DNA from: Thermoanaerobaculia bacterium
GTDB lineage: Bacteria; Acidobacteriota; Thermoanaerobaculia; UBA5066
Length of the DNA: 64,000 bases
Assembly: GCA_963719225.1 (NCBI GenBank)
Contig: CAVRAY010000001.1
Location: 3,360,001-3,424,000 of the forward strand
Direction of reading: 5' to 3'
The translations under genes and the position numbers were made by a program. The notes under the pieces are model-generated. The model saw nothing but the letters and a program-made list of their open reading frames with translations, ran no database searches and was not told the origin of the DNA. Below are positions 11,419-20,733 of this stretch, one piece after another (the stretch's first letter is position 1; every line of letters begins with the position of its first letter).

Positions 11419-11586
11419 ATGAGACGCATCTTCCAGGTGTTCGGCGGCGCGCTTCTCCTCACGTACTCTCTCGCGGCCTTCTCGGGCTGGGAGATGGCCG
11501 GAAACACGAAACGCAACATGCTGCCTCCGGGCGCCCGCAACGCGGGCGGCTATCGGACGTGGCACTTCTGGAGCGGAGGCAAGTGA
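11419..11586 (+). CDS. 55-aa small protein (MRRIFQVFGG...WHFWSGGK), missing from the ORF track
   Basis: AAGGAGG RBS, ATG at 11419, a hydrophobic N-terminus, and a TGATG overlap with the next gene. Confidence 0.7.
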   Translation: MRRIFQVFGGALLLTYSLAAFSGWEMAGNTKRNMLPPGARNAGGYRTWHFWSGGK

Positions 11587-11810
11587 TGAGCTGGTGGGCG
11601 CAGCACGGGCATCAGGTGACGTCGACCGTCGTGTTCTCGGTTCTGGGGATGGTCCTGTTCGGCATCTTCTTCGCGATCCTGCCGAAGCTGCTCCCCTTCT
11701 CGCTGAAAAAGGAGATGGAAGAGGACCAGAACGTGGCGCTAGGCATCGTGCTCGGATCGATCGTGATCGCGATGGCGATCATCATCGCGGCTGCCGTCAT
11801 GGGAGGCTGA
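11586..11810 (+). CDS. DUF350-family small membrane protein
   Basis: Two TM helices flanking PFSLKKEMEEDQNVALGI; ATG coupled to the upstream stop. Confidence 0.8.
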   Translation: MSWWAQHGHQVTSTVVFSVLGMVLFGIFFAILPKLLPFSLKKEMEEDQNVALGIVLGSIVIAMAIIIAAAVMGG

Positions 11811-11814
11811 GCGC

Positions 11815-13359
11815 ATGGGCGACCGCGAGGGAAGCGCTGGCCTGGAGGCGGCGCCCGCCCTCCGGCCCGGGCCCGTCTACCTCACCGTCCTCGCCATCGC
11901 GTCGTGCGGCCTCGTCTACGAGCTCGTCGCCGGCGCGCTCGCGAGCTACCTCCTCGGCGACTCGGTCACGCAGTTCTCCCTCGTCATCGGCGTCTACCTC
12001 ACGGCGCTCGGTCTCGGCGCGTTCCTCTCGCGGTTCGTCGTGCGCGGCGTCGCGCGGCGCTTCGTCGAGGCGGAGATCGGCGTCGCCCTCCTGGGAGGGC
12101 TCTCGGCGCCGATGCTCTTCTTCGCGTTCTCCTCCCCGCGCTGGTTCCCGCCCGTCTTCTACGGGATCGTCGTCGGGATCGGGACGCTCGTCGGGCTCGA
12201 GATCCCGCTCCTCATGCGCCTCCTCAAGGACGCGGTCGTCTTCCGCGACCTCGTCGCGCAGGTCCTCACGTTCGACTACCTCGGCTCTCTCGCGGCGTCG
12301 ATCCTCTTCCCGCTCGTCTTCCTCCCCCGCTTCGGGCTCACGCGCACGTCGGTTTTCTTCGGCCTCCTGAACGCGGCCGTGGCGTTCTGGTCGATCCGTC
12401 TCTTCCGCGACCGGGTGGGACCGCCGGGCGGCCTTTACCTTCGGGCGGGATTCGTCACGGCGATCCTCCTCGCCGCCTTCGTCGCCGCGGAGCGCCTCAC
12501 CGCCGTCGCCGAGGAGAACCAGTACGCGGACGAGGTCGTCGTGGCCCAGTCGACGCCGTACCAGCGCATCGTCGTGACGCGGAACCGCGCCGGTTTCCAG
12601 CTCTTTCTGAACGGACACCTCCAGTTCTCGTCCGTGGACGAGTACCGGTACCACGAGGCGCTCGTGCATCCGGCGTTCTCCGCCGCGCAGCGCGCGAGGC
12701 GCGTCGCCGTCCTCGGCGGAGGCGACGGCCTCGCGGTCCGGGAGATCCTCAAGCATCCCGAAGTCGAAAGCGTCACGCTCGTGGACCTCGACCCCGCGAT
12801 GACGCGCCTCGCGACGACGCACCCTCTCTTCCTCGCCCTGAACGGAGGCTCGCTGACGTCGCCGAAGGTCCGCGTCGTGAACGAGGACGCGATGATCTGG
12901 ATCGAGAAGGAACCCGATCTCTTCGACGTCGTCGTCATCGACTTCCCCGACCCGAACACCTACGCCGTGGGAAAGCTCTATACGTCGCGCTTCTATTCCC
13001 TCGTGAAGAAGAAGCTCGATCCCGACGGCGTCGTCGTCGTGCAGTCCACGTCTCCCCTCTTCGCGCGGCGCAGTTTCTGGATCGTGGACGCGACCCTCCG
13101 GGCGTCCGGCTTTTTCACGCGCCCATATCACATCGCGGTGCCGTCGTTCGGAGAATGGGGCTTCGTCCTCGCGTCGGGGGCGGACGTGAACGTCGGAACG
13201 CGCCTCCCCCCGGGCCTCCGCGCCCTGTCGAAAGAGCTCCTCCCGTCTCTCTTCGTCTTCGGTCCCGACGTGGCACGCCTCGACGACGTCCCCGTGAACC
13301 GGCTCAACGACCAGGTGCTCGTGAGGACCTACGAGGGAGAATGGAAGCGCTTCGACTGA
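11815..13359 (+). CDS. speE: Membrane-bound polyamine aminopropyltransferase (spermidine synthase)
   Basis: N-terminal TM domain (CGLVYEL...), then QFSSVDEYRYHEALVHP, LGGGDGLA and DFPDP motifs. Confidence 0.9.
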   Translation: MGDREGSAGLEAAPALRPGPVYLTVLAIASCGLVYELVAGALASYLLGDSVTQFSLVIGVYLTALGLGAFLSRFVVRGVARRFVEAEIGVALLGGLSAPMLFFAFSSPRWFPPVFYGIVVGIGTLVGLEIPLLMRLLKDAVVFRDLVAQVLTFDYLGSLAASILFPLVFLPRFGLTRTSVFFGLLNAAVAFWSIRLFRDRVGPPGGLYLRAGFVTAILLAAFVAAERLTAVAEENQYADEVVVAQSTPYQRIVVTRNRAGFQLFLNGHLQFSSVDEYRYHEALVHPAFSAAQRARRVAVLGGGDGLAVREILKHPEVESVTLVDLDPAMTRLATTHPLFLALNGGSLTSPKVRVVNEDAMIWIEKEPDLFDVVVIDFPDPNTYAVGKLYTSRFYSLVKKKLDPDGVVVVQSTSPLFARRSFWIVDATLRASGFFTRPYHIAVPSFGEWGFVLASGADVNVGTRLPPGLRALSKELLPSLFVFGPDVARLDDVPVNRLNDQVLVRTYEGEWKRFD

Positions 13360-15014
13360 GCCGCCGCGACGCGATCGCGTCGCTCGTGGGCCTCCCCGCG
13401 CTCTCGGCCCTCGCCGCCGCCTTGACGGCGTGCGGCAAGAAGGACGTGCGCGGCCTTCCCTTCGCCGGAAGGATCGTGGGCCCGGACGTCGCGCGGGGAC
13501 ATCTCCTTCGCGCGGGGGATCTCCTGTCCCGGCCCGTCGTCCGCACGGAACGCGTCGGAACGGCGATCGTGGGCGCCGGCGTCTCGGGCCTCTCGGCCGC
13601 GTGGCGCCTCTCGCGCGCGGGCAAAACGGATTTCCGCGTCTTCGACCTCGAGGACGCGGCGGGCGGCACCGCCGTGTCCGGCGCGAACGACGTGTCCGCG
13701 TTCCCGTGGGGCGCGCATTACGTGCCCGTGCCCGCGTCGCCGAACCGCGCGTTGGAGGCCGTCCTCGAGGAGGCGGGCGCGCTCGTGGGCCGGGACCAGG
13801 ACGGCGTTCCCGAGTGGGCCGAGGAGATGCTCTGCCGCGAGCCCGAGGAGCGTCTGTTCTTCGGATATGCCTGGCGGGGGGGCCTGTATCCGCGGGACGG
13901 CGCCTCGCCGGAGGACCTCCAGCAGCTCGCGCGTTTCCGCCGCGAGATGAACGGTTTCGCGGCGCGCAAGGACTCGAAAGGGCGGCGCGCGTTCGCGATC
14001 CCGACGCGCCTCTCGTCCGAGGACCCCGAGCTCGCCGGCCTGGACCGCCTCACGATGGCCGCGTGGATGCGCGCGCACGGCTACACGTCGCCGCGCCTCC
14101 TCTGGCTCACGGAGTACGGGTGCCGCGACGACTTCGGCACGAACCTCGCTGACACCTCCGCGTGGGCGGGAATCCACTACAACGCCGCGCGCCTGCCCGG
14201 AGAGGACGACGACGAGGACCCGTCGGATTTCCTCACCTGGCCGGAAGGCAACGGCCGGCTCGTCGCCCTCCTCGCGAAGAGCGCCGCGGGACGCCTCGCC
14301 CCCTCGTCCCTCGTCTTCGACGTCGCGCCGGCGCCGAAGGTGGGCGCGCCCGTGAGGCTCCGCGTCCTGGATGCCGCGAAGAACGAGGTCGTGGCCGTCG
14401 AGGCGGCGCACGCGATTCTCGCGCTACCGAAGTTCGTGGCCGCGCGGGTGCTCGAGCCGTGGCGCGCGTCCCCTCCCGCGTTTCTTTCGGAGACGTCGTG
14501 GGCACCGTGGCTCGTCGCGAACCTCACGCTCCGGGCGCGGCCGAAGGAGACGGGCTTTCCGCTCTCGTGGGACAACGTCCTCCACGACTCGCGCTCGCTC
14601 GGCTACGTCGTCGCGACGCACCAGACCGGACGGGATCACGGGCCCACCGTCTTCACGTACTACCTCCCCTTCACGGACGAGGCGCCTGCCGCCGCGCGCG
14701 CGAAGCTCCTTTCCGCATCGTGGGACGACCTCGCCTCGGCCGTTCTCGCGGACCTTTCGAAGGCACATCGCGATCTCCCGGACCTCGTCTCACGCCTCGA
14801 CGTCGTGCGCTGGGGGCACGCCATGGCGCGGCCGACGCCGGGGTTCCTCTCGAACGGTGTTCGCCATCTCGCGCCCGTGGGCGGCGTTCATTTCGCGCAC
14901 GCGGATTCCGCGGGGCTTCCGCTCTTCGAGGAGGCCCAGGACGCCGGCATCCGCGCCGCGGAGGCGGTCCTCGCGTCACGTGGCGAGCGGTTCGCGACCC
15001 TGGCGGCGGACTAA
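13341..15014 (+). CDS. FAD-dependent oxidoreductase (amine oxidase-like), probable Tat lipoprotein
   Basis: SRRDAI twin-Arg, LTAC lipobox, IVGAGVSGL Rossmann motif, WGAHY, TWPEGNG and RWGHAM. ATG at 13341 follows GAGGGAG. Confidence 0.85.
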   Translation: MEALRLSRRDAIASLVGLPALSALAAALTACGKKDVRGLPFAGRIVGPDVARGHLLRAGDLLSRPVVRTERVGTAIVGAGVSGLSAAWRLSRAGKTDFRVFDLEDAAGGTAVSGANDVSAFPWGAHYVPVPASPNRALEAVLEEAGALVGRDQDGVPEWAEEMLCREPEERLFFGYAWRGGLYPRDGASPEDLQQLARFRREMNGFAARKDSKGRRAFAIPTRLSSEDPELAGLDRLTMAAWMRAHGYTSPRLLWLTEYGCRDDFGTNLADTSAWAGIHYNAARLPGEDDDEDPSDFLTWPEGNGRLVALLAKSAAGRLAPSSLVFDVAPAPKVGAPVRLRVLDAAKNEVVAVEAAHAILALPKFVAARVLEPWRASPPAFLSETSWAPWLVANLTLRARPKETGFPLSWDNVLHDSRSLGYVVATHQTGRDHGPTVFTYYLPFTDEAPAAARAKLLSASWDDLASAVLADLSKAHRDLPDLVSRLDVVRWGHAMARPTPGFLSNGVRHLAPVGGVHFAHADSAGLPLFEEAQDAGIRAAEAVLASRGERFATLAAD

Positions 15015-15015
15015 C

Positions 15016-16101
15016 ATGGATGCCGCCGTGACCTCTCCGTGGCTCTTCGGCCGGCGTTGGGACCTCCTCCTCTTCGGAGGATCGACGGCTCTCGCGCTCC
15101 TCTTCCTCGGCGTCGGCCACGCGACGGGGCTCCTCGACGGCGACGCTCCGCCGTGGCTCTTCCTCGTCGCGGTCGTGGGCGTGGACGTTGCGCACGTCTG
15201 GGCGACCGGGTGGCGCGTTCTCGCGGACGGAAAGGCCGTGCGCGCGCGCCTCGCGCTCTACGTGGGCGTGCCGTTCGCCGCGTGGGCCGCCGGAGTCGCG
15301 GCGTATTCCGTGTCGGCCCTCTTCTTCTGGCGGGTCCTCGCGTATCTCGCCGTTTTCCACTTCATGAGGCAGCAATACGGCTGGGTCGCCCTCTACCGGC
15401 GCAAGAACGGGGAGGGCGGAGACGGACGTCTCCTCGACGCCGCAGCCATCTACGGCGCGACGCTCACGCCTCTCCTCTTCTGGCACGCGCACCTCCCGCG
15501 GCGGTTCCAGTGGTTCCTCAGGGGAGATTTCGTGAACGGCCTGCCCGAGGGCGTCAGCACGGCCGCGTTCGTCCTCTATGCGGGCGTTTTCGCCGCGTGG
15601 GTCGTGAAGGAAATCGCGCGCAAACGCGCCGGGCGAGCGGTGTCGTGGGGGAAGGTCCTGATCGTCCTCTCGACGGCGGCGACGTGGTTTCTGGGCATCG
15701 TGGTCTTCGACTCGGACTACGCCTTCACGGTGACGAACGTCTTCGTCCACGGCATTCCCTACATGGGTCTCGTGTGGTTCACGTCGAAGTCACGTGCGCT
15801 CGCGCGCCGCGATGCGGGCGAGGCCCCCTCCTTCGCGGACCGGGCGGCGCCGAAGCTCCTCCTCTTCCTCGCACCCCTCCTCCTCATCGCGTTCGCCGAG
15901 GAGTGGGGCTGGGACCGCCTCGTCTGGCACGACCACGCGGTCCTCTTTCCGGGACCCGCGCTCGATCCCGGCGCGCTTCTCCTGGCCCTGATCGTGCCGC
16001 TCCTCGCCCTCCCCCAGGCCACGCATTACGTGTGGGACGCGTTTCTCTGGAAGGTGCGGCCCGAGAACCGCGGTACAGTCGAAGCGCTGGGAATCCGATG
16101 A
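15016..16101 (+). CDS. Conserved polytopic membrane protein with His motifs
   Basis: Many TM helices; DVAHVWAT, FHFMRQQYG, HGIPY and THYVWD motifs. Confidence 0.8.
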   Translation: MDAAVTSPWLFGRRWDLLLFGGSTALALLFLGVGHATGLLDGDAPPWLFLVAVVGVDVAHVWATGWRVLADGKAVRARLALYVGVPFAAWAAGVAAYSVSALFFWRVLAYLAVFHFMRQQYGWVALYRRKNGEGGDGRLLDAAAIYGATLTPLLFWHAHLPRRFQWFLRGDFVNGLPEGVSTAAFVLYAGVFAAWVVKEIARKRAGRAVSWGKVLIVLSTAATWFLGIVVFDSDYAFTVTNVFVHGIPYMGLVWFTSKSRALARRDAGEAPSFADRAAPKLLLFLAPLLLIAFAEEWGWDRLVWHDHAVLFPGPALDPGALLLALIVPLLALPQATHYVWDAFLWKVRPENRGTVEALGIR

Positions 16102-16451
16102 GCCTCGGTCTTCACCTTCTCCTCGACGTCGCGGGCGCGCCGTTCGCCACGCTCGACGATCCCGTCCTCGTCGAGACGCTGCTCGTCGACGCGGTTCGAG
16201 CAATGGGTGCGAAGGTGCTCGGAATCCACATCCACCGTCTCAGCCCGCAGGGCGTCAGCGGCGTCGTGGTCATCTCCGAGTCGCACCTCACGATCCACAC
16301 CTGGCCCGAGCGCGGGGAGGCGGCGGTGGATCTCTTCACCTGCGGCGACGCGTCACACGCGCGCGATGCGGTACGAGCGCTCGCGGCGGCTCTCGGCGCC
16401 GAGAGGACGCGGGTCGAGGAGCGCGTGCGCGGAGCGGAACAACGGGCCTGA
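16098..16451 (+). CDS. speD: S-adenosylmethionine decarboxylase proenzyme (class 1B)
   Basis: GVVVISESHLTIHTWPE self-cleavage motif and DLFTCG; ATGA overlap with the upstream gene. Confidence 0.92.
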   Translation: MSLGLHLLLDVAGAPFATLDDPVLVETLLVDAVRAMGAKVLGIHIHRLSPQGVSGVVVISESHLTIHTWPERGEAAVDLFTCGDASHARDAVRALAAALGAERTRVEERVRGAEQRA

Positions 16452-16477
16452 CGATAAGATCGGCGTCGAGGTACGAG

Positions 16478-17068
16478 ATGATTTCGAAGCTCCTGGACGG
16501 CAATCGCCGTTTCGTGGCGGAGACGTTCGAGAAGGAGAAGGATTTCTTCCTGTCCCTTTCGAAAGGTCAGCAGCCGACGGTGCTTTGGATCAGCTGCTCC
16601 GACTCCCGCGCCCCCGTCAACAGCATCACCTCGACCCGTCCGGGAGAGGTCTTCGTCCACCGGAACATCGGAAACGTCGTCGCGACGAACGACTGGAACC
16701 TGGCCGCCGTCCTGGAGTTCTCCCTCAGCCACCTGAAGATCCCGGACATCGTCATCTGCGGTCACTACGGATGCGGCGGGATGGAGGCGCTCGACGACGA
16801 CGACAGCGACAACAAGTACCTTCCGATCTGGCTGATGAACGCCTTCAAGGCGCGCGAGCGGATCGACGAGAAGATCAGGTCGCTCCACATCGAGATGCCG
16901 AAAGAGCAGCGGATGCGGCTGATCGTCGAGGAGAACGTCCGGCTCCAGCTCGAGCACCTCCGCGAGTTCCCTTTCATCAAGAAGGCCACCCGGGAGAAGA
17001 AGCTGGACGTCCACGGCTGGGTCTACGACATGTCGACCGGCGCGATCAAACCGGTCAAGAACGCGTAG
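16478..17068 (+). CDS. Beta-class carbonic anhydrase
   Basis: CSDSR, HRNIGN and GHYGCGG Zn ligands. Confidence 0.95.
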   Translation: MISKLLDGNRRFVAETFEKEKDFFLSLSKGQQPTVLWISCSDSRAPVNSITSTRPGEVFVHRNIGNVVATNDWNLAAVLEFSLSHLKIPDIVICGHYGCGGMEALDDDDSDNKYLPIWLMNAFKARERIDEKIRSLHIEMPKEQRMRLIVEENVRLQLEHLREFPFIKKATREKKLDVHGWVYDMSTGAIKPVKNA

Positions 17069-17636
17069 CGGAGAATCTCACCACCTGGTAGACGGAAAGC
17101 TCCACGCCGTGGGGGGTGAGGTCGGCGGGCAGCCCGGCCTTCATCTTGAGATGCCTCAGGAACTCGCGCGGCTCCGGGAGTTGCTCCCAGACCTGCGGCA
17201 GCAGCGTCGCCCGCCTCCTGCCGCATTGAAAAATGACGCCGTCGACGCCGGGACGAAACTGGCTCAACGCGTCGGCTTCGCTCCTGAAGCGGAGCGGTTG
17301 CGGCACGGTCAGCACGGAAACCTCGATGTCGACGGCGGGCAATTCGTCGGCCCCCAGAGGCGGAAAACGCGGGTCGTCGAAAGCGGCGGCATAAGCGTTG
17401 CGGGTCACGTCGTCGTAAAGAGGGCGACGCGCGTCGAGCGAGCCGATACAGCCGCGCAGCTTCCCGTGAAGATGGAGAGTGACGAACGTGGCCGCCGGCT
17501 CGTCGAGCCAGACCGGACGCGGCAGGTCGGGCCAGGGCGCACCGAATTCAGAAGAGATGGCCGCGCGGGCGAGCGCGATGAGGAGCCGCCCCTTGGCGTG
17601 ATGTTCCGTGGGCGGGAGGGATTCCGTAAAGGCCAC
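17055..17636 (-). CDS. AMMECR1-family protein (AmmeMemoRadiSam protein A)
   Basis: ATFVTL...LRGCIG, AAFDDPRF, ATLLPQVWEQ and LKMKAG motifs. The GTG start at 17636 follows AGGAG. Confidence 0.88.
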   Translation of the reverse strand: MAFTESLPPTEHHAKGRLLIALARAAISSEFGAPWPDLPRPVWLDEPAATFVTLHLHGKLRGCIGSLDARRPLYDDVTRNAYAAAFDDPRFPPLGADELPAVDIEVSVLTVPQPLRFRSEADALSQFRPGVDGVIFQCGRRRATLLPQVWEQLPEPREFLRHLKMKAGLPADLTPHGVELSVYQVVRFSATRS

Positions 17637-17674
17637 CGCCGAAAAGCCTCTCCTGAGTTTCACGAGTCTACGCT

Positions 17675-18337
17675 TCAGCCCTCTCCCAGCCTCTTCTTCA
17701 GCTCCGAAAGCTCGCTCGACAGCGCCGTCACCTGTTCTTCGAGAAAAGCGACGCGGGACGCGAGAGCATCCTGCCGTTCGACGCGCGGAGCCGGCGCGGG
17801 CGACGCGGCGGCTTCCACGGGACCTCCGACGAGATGCGTCCAGCGGGTCTCCTTCTGGCCGGGCGCGCGCGGCAGCTCGACGACGAGCGGTTCGTGGCCG
17901 GACGCGAGGCGCCCGAGCGCCGCTTCGATGTCCGTCGTGCTCGCGAAGGCGTGCAGGCGGTCGCTCCGCGAGCGGAGCTCGCCCGGGGTCTGCGCCCCTC
18001 GCAGGAGGAGGAGCGTCATCAACGCCCTCGTCGCCGAGTCGAGCTCCCATCGTCTCTCGACGTTCTGCTCCCACTTCTCCGAACGCGATCCCCCGACCTG
18101 CCAGACGAGGACGTGCTCGCGCATCCGCTCGAGGGCCGAACGCACCTCGCCTTCCGAGAGCCCCAGCACCGGGTCGCGGTTCGACTTCTGATTGCATGCC
18201 GCGAGAAGCGCATTGAGGGTGAGCGGGTAGTACTCCGGGGTGGCCTGTTGTTTCTCGAGGAGAGCGCCGAGGACGCGGATCTCCACCGGGTCGAGCGGTC
18301 GCGGGAGCCGGGCAGGCGGGGCGTCGTCGGTCAGCAT
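17675..18337 (-). CDS. YceH/DUF480 family protein
   Basis: RVLGALLEKQQATPEYYPLTLNAL..ACNQKSNRDPV and LLLRGAQTPGELR. Confidence 0.9.
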   Translation of the reverse strand: MLTDDAPPARLPRPLDPVEIRVLGALLEKQQATPEYYPLTLNALLAACNQKSNRDPVLGLSEGEVRSALERMREHVLVWQVGGSRSEKWEQNVERRWELDSATRALMTLLLLRGAQTPGELRSRSDRLHAFASTTDIEAALGRLASGHEPLVVELPRAPGQKETRWTHLVGGPVEAAASPAPAPRVERQDALASRVAFLEEQVTALSSELSELKKRLGEG

Positions 18338-18398
18338 GCGGAACGGATTCTGGCCTACGACCGCGGTACGGGGTATGAGCGACCGCGGATGACCCCTG

Positions 18399-18414
18399 GG
18401 GCACGGTGATTGCA
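18399..18414 (+). promoter_or_regulatory. Putative sigma-54 promoter (-24/-12)
   Basis: GGGCAC-GGTGA-TTGCA has exact GG-N10-GC spacing, about 70 nt upstream of the 18482 ATG. Confidence 0.5.
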
Positions 18415-18481
18415 CCTACCCCGGAGGGTTTGAAAGGGCAGGTAACAAACGGCTCTTGTAAAACCTGGAAGGAGAAAAACG

Positions 18482-18835
18482 ATGAAGTTCAAGTCGATTC
18501 TTCTCGCTGGCGCCGTCGCGGCTCTTCCGCTGGCAGTCTTTGCCCAGGAACAGCCGGCTCAGCCCCAGCAGCAGGTCACGATGAACGATTCCGGGGACAT
18601 GAAAGTCGTGACGATCACGGGGACGGTCCACTCTTTCGAGGCGGGCCGTTCCATCACCATCACGAACGACAAGGGCGAACAGGTCACGTACACGATCAAC
18701 ACATCATCGAACGTACCGAAGACGGTCGAGGTCGGCAAGACCGTGACGATCAATACCACGACCGTGGCGGGCGCTCCTGTGGTCAAGACCATAACGATCA
18801 CGACCACGAAGGAGACGAAGAAGAAGTCCTACTAG
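18482..18835 (+). CDS. Small secreted Thr-rich beta-barrel-like protein
   Basis: AAGGAG RBS, signal peptide ending AVFA, TITGTV...VEVGKTVTI pattern, followed by a terminator. Confidence 0.8.
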   Translation: MKFKSILLAGAVAALPLAVFAQEQPAQPQQQVTMNDSGDMKVVTITGTVHSFEAGRSITITNDKGEQVTYTINTSSNVPKTVEVGKTVTINTTTVAGAPVVKTITITTTKETKKKSY

Positions 18836-18856
18836 GAACGAAACTGGTCCTGACAG

Positions 18857-18892
18857 AAAAAGCGAGGGGGCCGAAGGCCCCCTCGTTTGTCT
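18857..18892. terminator. Bidirectional rho-independent terminator
   Basis: A-run, then CGAGGGGGCC-GAA-GGCCCCCTCG (perfect 10-bp stem), then TTTGT. It lies between convergent genes. Confidence 0.85.
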
Positions 18893-18908
18893 TATCGGGA
18901 GTCGAGCC

Positions 18909-20693
18909 TCAGCGGCTCACCGCCGCGGTTGCGGCAGGCTTGGGCGTGGTGTTCCACCAGGTGCCGCCGGGGCCGAAGTACTTCTGAAGCGCCGTCGCGA
19001 GACTCTGGTCGTAAGCCGTGTTGTAGGGAGGCACGGCGTGCGCATCGAACGCCCCGCCCGGCTTCAGCCCGAGGCCGAAGATGTTGACGAGGTCGTTGTG
19101 ACAGCCGTTCCCGCAGGAGTTCGGCTGCCCGCCCTTGGCCTGGAGCTGGAGGGTCGTTTCGGGTCTCATGACCTTGAACGAGTGCTGGTTCCCGGACGCC
19201 GGCATGTGGCAGGTGACGCAGTTGCTGAGACCCATTGCCCGCTCGGGGGCGTAGGGGTGATGCGTGTGCGCCGACACGACCTTGCCGATCGCCTCTTCGT
19301 TCTTGGCCGCATCCGCCACCATCGCCGCGGTGATGGTCGCGAACGGGCCGTGCGTGGCGTGGCACGACAGGCAGAGCGTGTTGTCCTCGTGGGACGTCTT
19401 GAACGTGGTCTTCCCGTCGGTACTCGTCATCTTGTCCCGGAGCTGGTACTCGTTCGAGGTCTTTTGGTGCGGGTCGTGGCAGACCGAGCAGCTCACGACG
19501 TGGAAGGAGTTGTTCGCGTGCAGGCTCTTCTGGAAGCCGTAAGAGTGGCCTGACTTCACGCTGAACCCGTCGGGCCAGTACGCGGTGCCATCCTTGGACC
19601 AGTCGGCGAGCGAGCCGGGGGCGCCTGGATACCATTCGGGGGCGCCGGCCTGGTCGTCCTTGCACGGCCAGCCCCACTTGGAGTTCGGAGTCGACTTCAG
19701 CGAGCTGTGGCAGCGCTGGCAGACTTCGATCTGCTGCTGGGCCGTGAGCTTCGCCGGGTTGACGATGAACGCGACGTTGGGTCCGCCCAGAACGTGGTTC
19801 GACCCGGGGCCGTGGCACGACTCGCACGTGATGTTCACGGTTTCGAACGTGCCGTTTCCGTCGTAGTCGAAATAGGAGGGGTTGTCGACGGCGTAGAGAG
19901 TCGCCGTGAAGCCCGTGTAGACCTTTTCGCCCGTCGAGAGGAGGCTGTAGTCCTTCATCCCGGTCACGTGACAGCCGACGCAGCCGGCGTGGGAGGAGAC
20001 CGCCGACAGGTCGGACGACTTCGTGGTCGCCGAGAACTTCGGCAAGTTCTTCGCGTCGTACCAGCCGGTGGGCGAGTTCGTGACCCACTTCTTCGTCGCG
20101 GCGCTCCAGGACAGCGGCGCGAAGTAGTTCGCCTTCGAGACCTTCGTATCGGTGTCCGTCACGGGGATCCGGACCGCGAAACGCTGGTCCTGACCTTCCC
20201 CGCCGCCGACCGTGAAGACGACCGGGTAGTCGATCGTGCCGATGGTGATGAGATACGTTCCGTTCTTCACCGAGAGCTTCGGCGCGTTCGGCTTGTAGAC
20301 GTCGAACACCGAGCTGATGGTGTTGAAGTCGAGGCCGTCGATGAAGTCGTCCTTACCGTTGCCGTTGTAATCAGCCACGACCCCCTTGTCCGGGACCGTC
20401 GTGTAGTCGGTCATGGGCCTGCGGAGGAGTGACGCGTGCAGCGTGTCCTTGAACTTCGCGTAGGACGGGTGGCACGCGAGGCAGTATTCCGCCCCGATGT
20501 AGACGCCCTTCTTGATCTCGGCCGCGGAGTAATAGCTGAGCAGGACCTGGCCCAGGCTTCCGGTCTGGAGAATCTTCGCCGCGGTGACCGATACGGGTTG
20601 CGGGTGGCTCGGCTCGGGCAGCGCGTTGTGCTGACCCCGAAGGGGCAGCGACACAAGCGCCAGCACGAGCAGGAGCCTCGCTGGGTGTTTCAT
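18909..20693 (-). CDS. Periplasmic multiheme cytochrome c (7 CxxCH + 1 CxxxCH)
   Basis: Signal peptide MKHPARLLL and AAGGAG RBS. Heme motifs: CLACH, CVGCH, CESCH, CQRCH, CSVCH, CLSCH, CVTCH, CGNGCH. Confidence 0.9.
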   Translation of the reverse strand: MKHPARLLLVLALVSLPLRGQHNALPEPSHPQPVSVTAAKILQTGSLGQVLLSYYSAAEIKKGVYIGAEYCLACHPSYAKFKDTLHASLLRRPMTDYTTVPDKGVVADYNGNGKDDFIDGLDFNTISSVFDVYKPNAPKLSVKNGTYLITIGTIDYPVVFTVGGGEGQDQRFAVRIPVTDTDTKVSKANYFAPLSWSAATKKWVTNSPTGWYDAKNLPKFSATTKSSDLSAVSSHAGCVGCHVTGMKDYSLLSTGEKVYTGFTATLYAVDNPSYFDYDGNGTFETVNITCESCHGPGSNHVLGGPNVAFIVNPAKLTAQQQIEVCQRCHSSLKSTPNSKWGWPCKDDQAGAPEWYPGAPGSLADWSKDGTAYWPDGFSVKSGHSYGFQKSLHANNSFHVVSCSVCHDPHQKTSNEYQLRDKMTSTDGKTTFKTSHEDNTLCLSCHATHGPFATITAAMVADAAKNEEAIGKVVSAHTHHPYAPERAMGLSNCVTCHMPASGNQHSFKVMRPETTLQLQAKGGQPNSCGNGCHNDLVNIFGLGLKPGGAFDAHAVPPYNTAYDQSLATALQKYFGPGGTWWNTTPKPAATAAVSR

Positions 20694-20733
20694 ACGGCTC
20701 TCCTTTCGTCTTCTCCGTTCGATTGCTGTCTTG

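Noticed and set aside
6990-11540. Very long alternative-frame and antisense ORFs (e.g. 6990-11540 -, 22902-25997 -, 40697-44569 -, 40750-44070 +, 53423-56275 -)
   Set aside because: They are Arg/Pro/Gly-rich shadow ORFs expected in high-GC DNA, have no motifs, and overlap well-supported genes.
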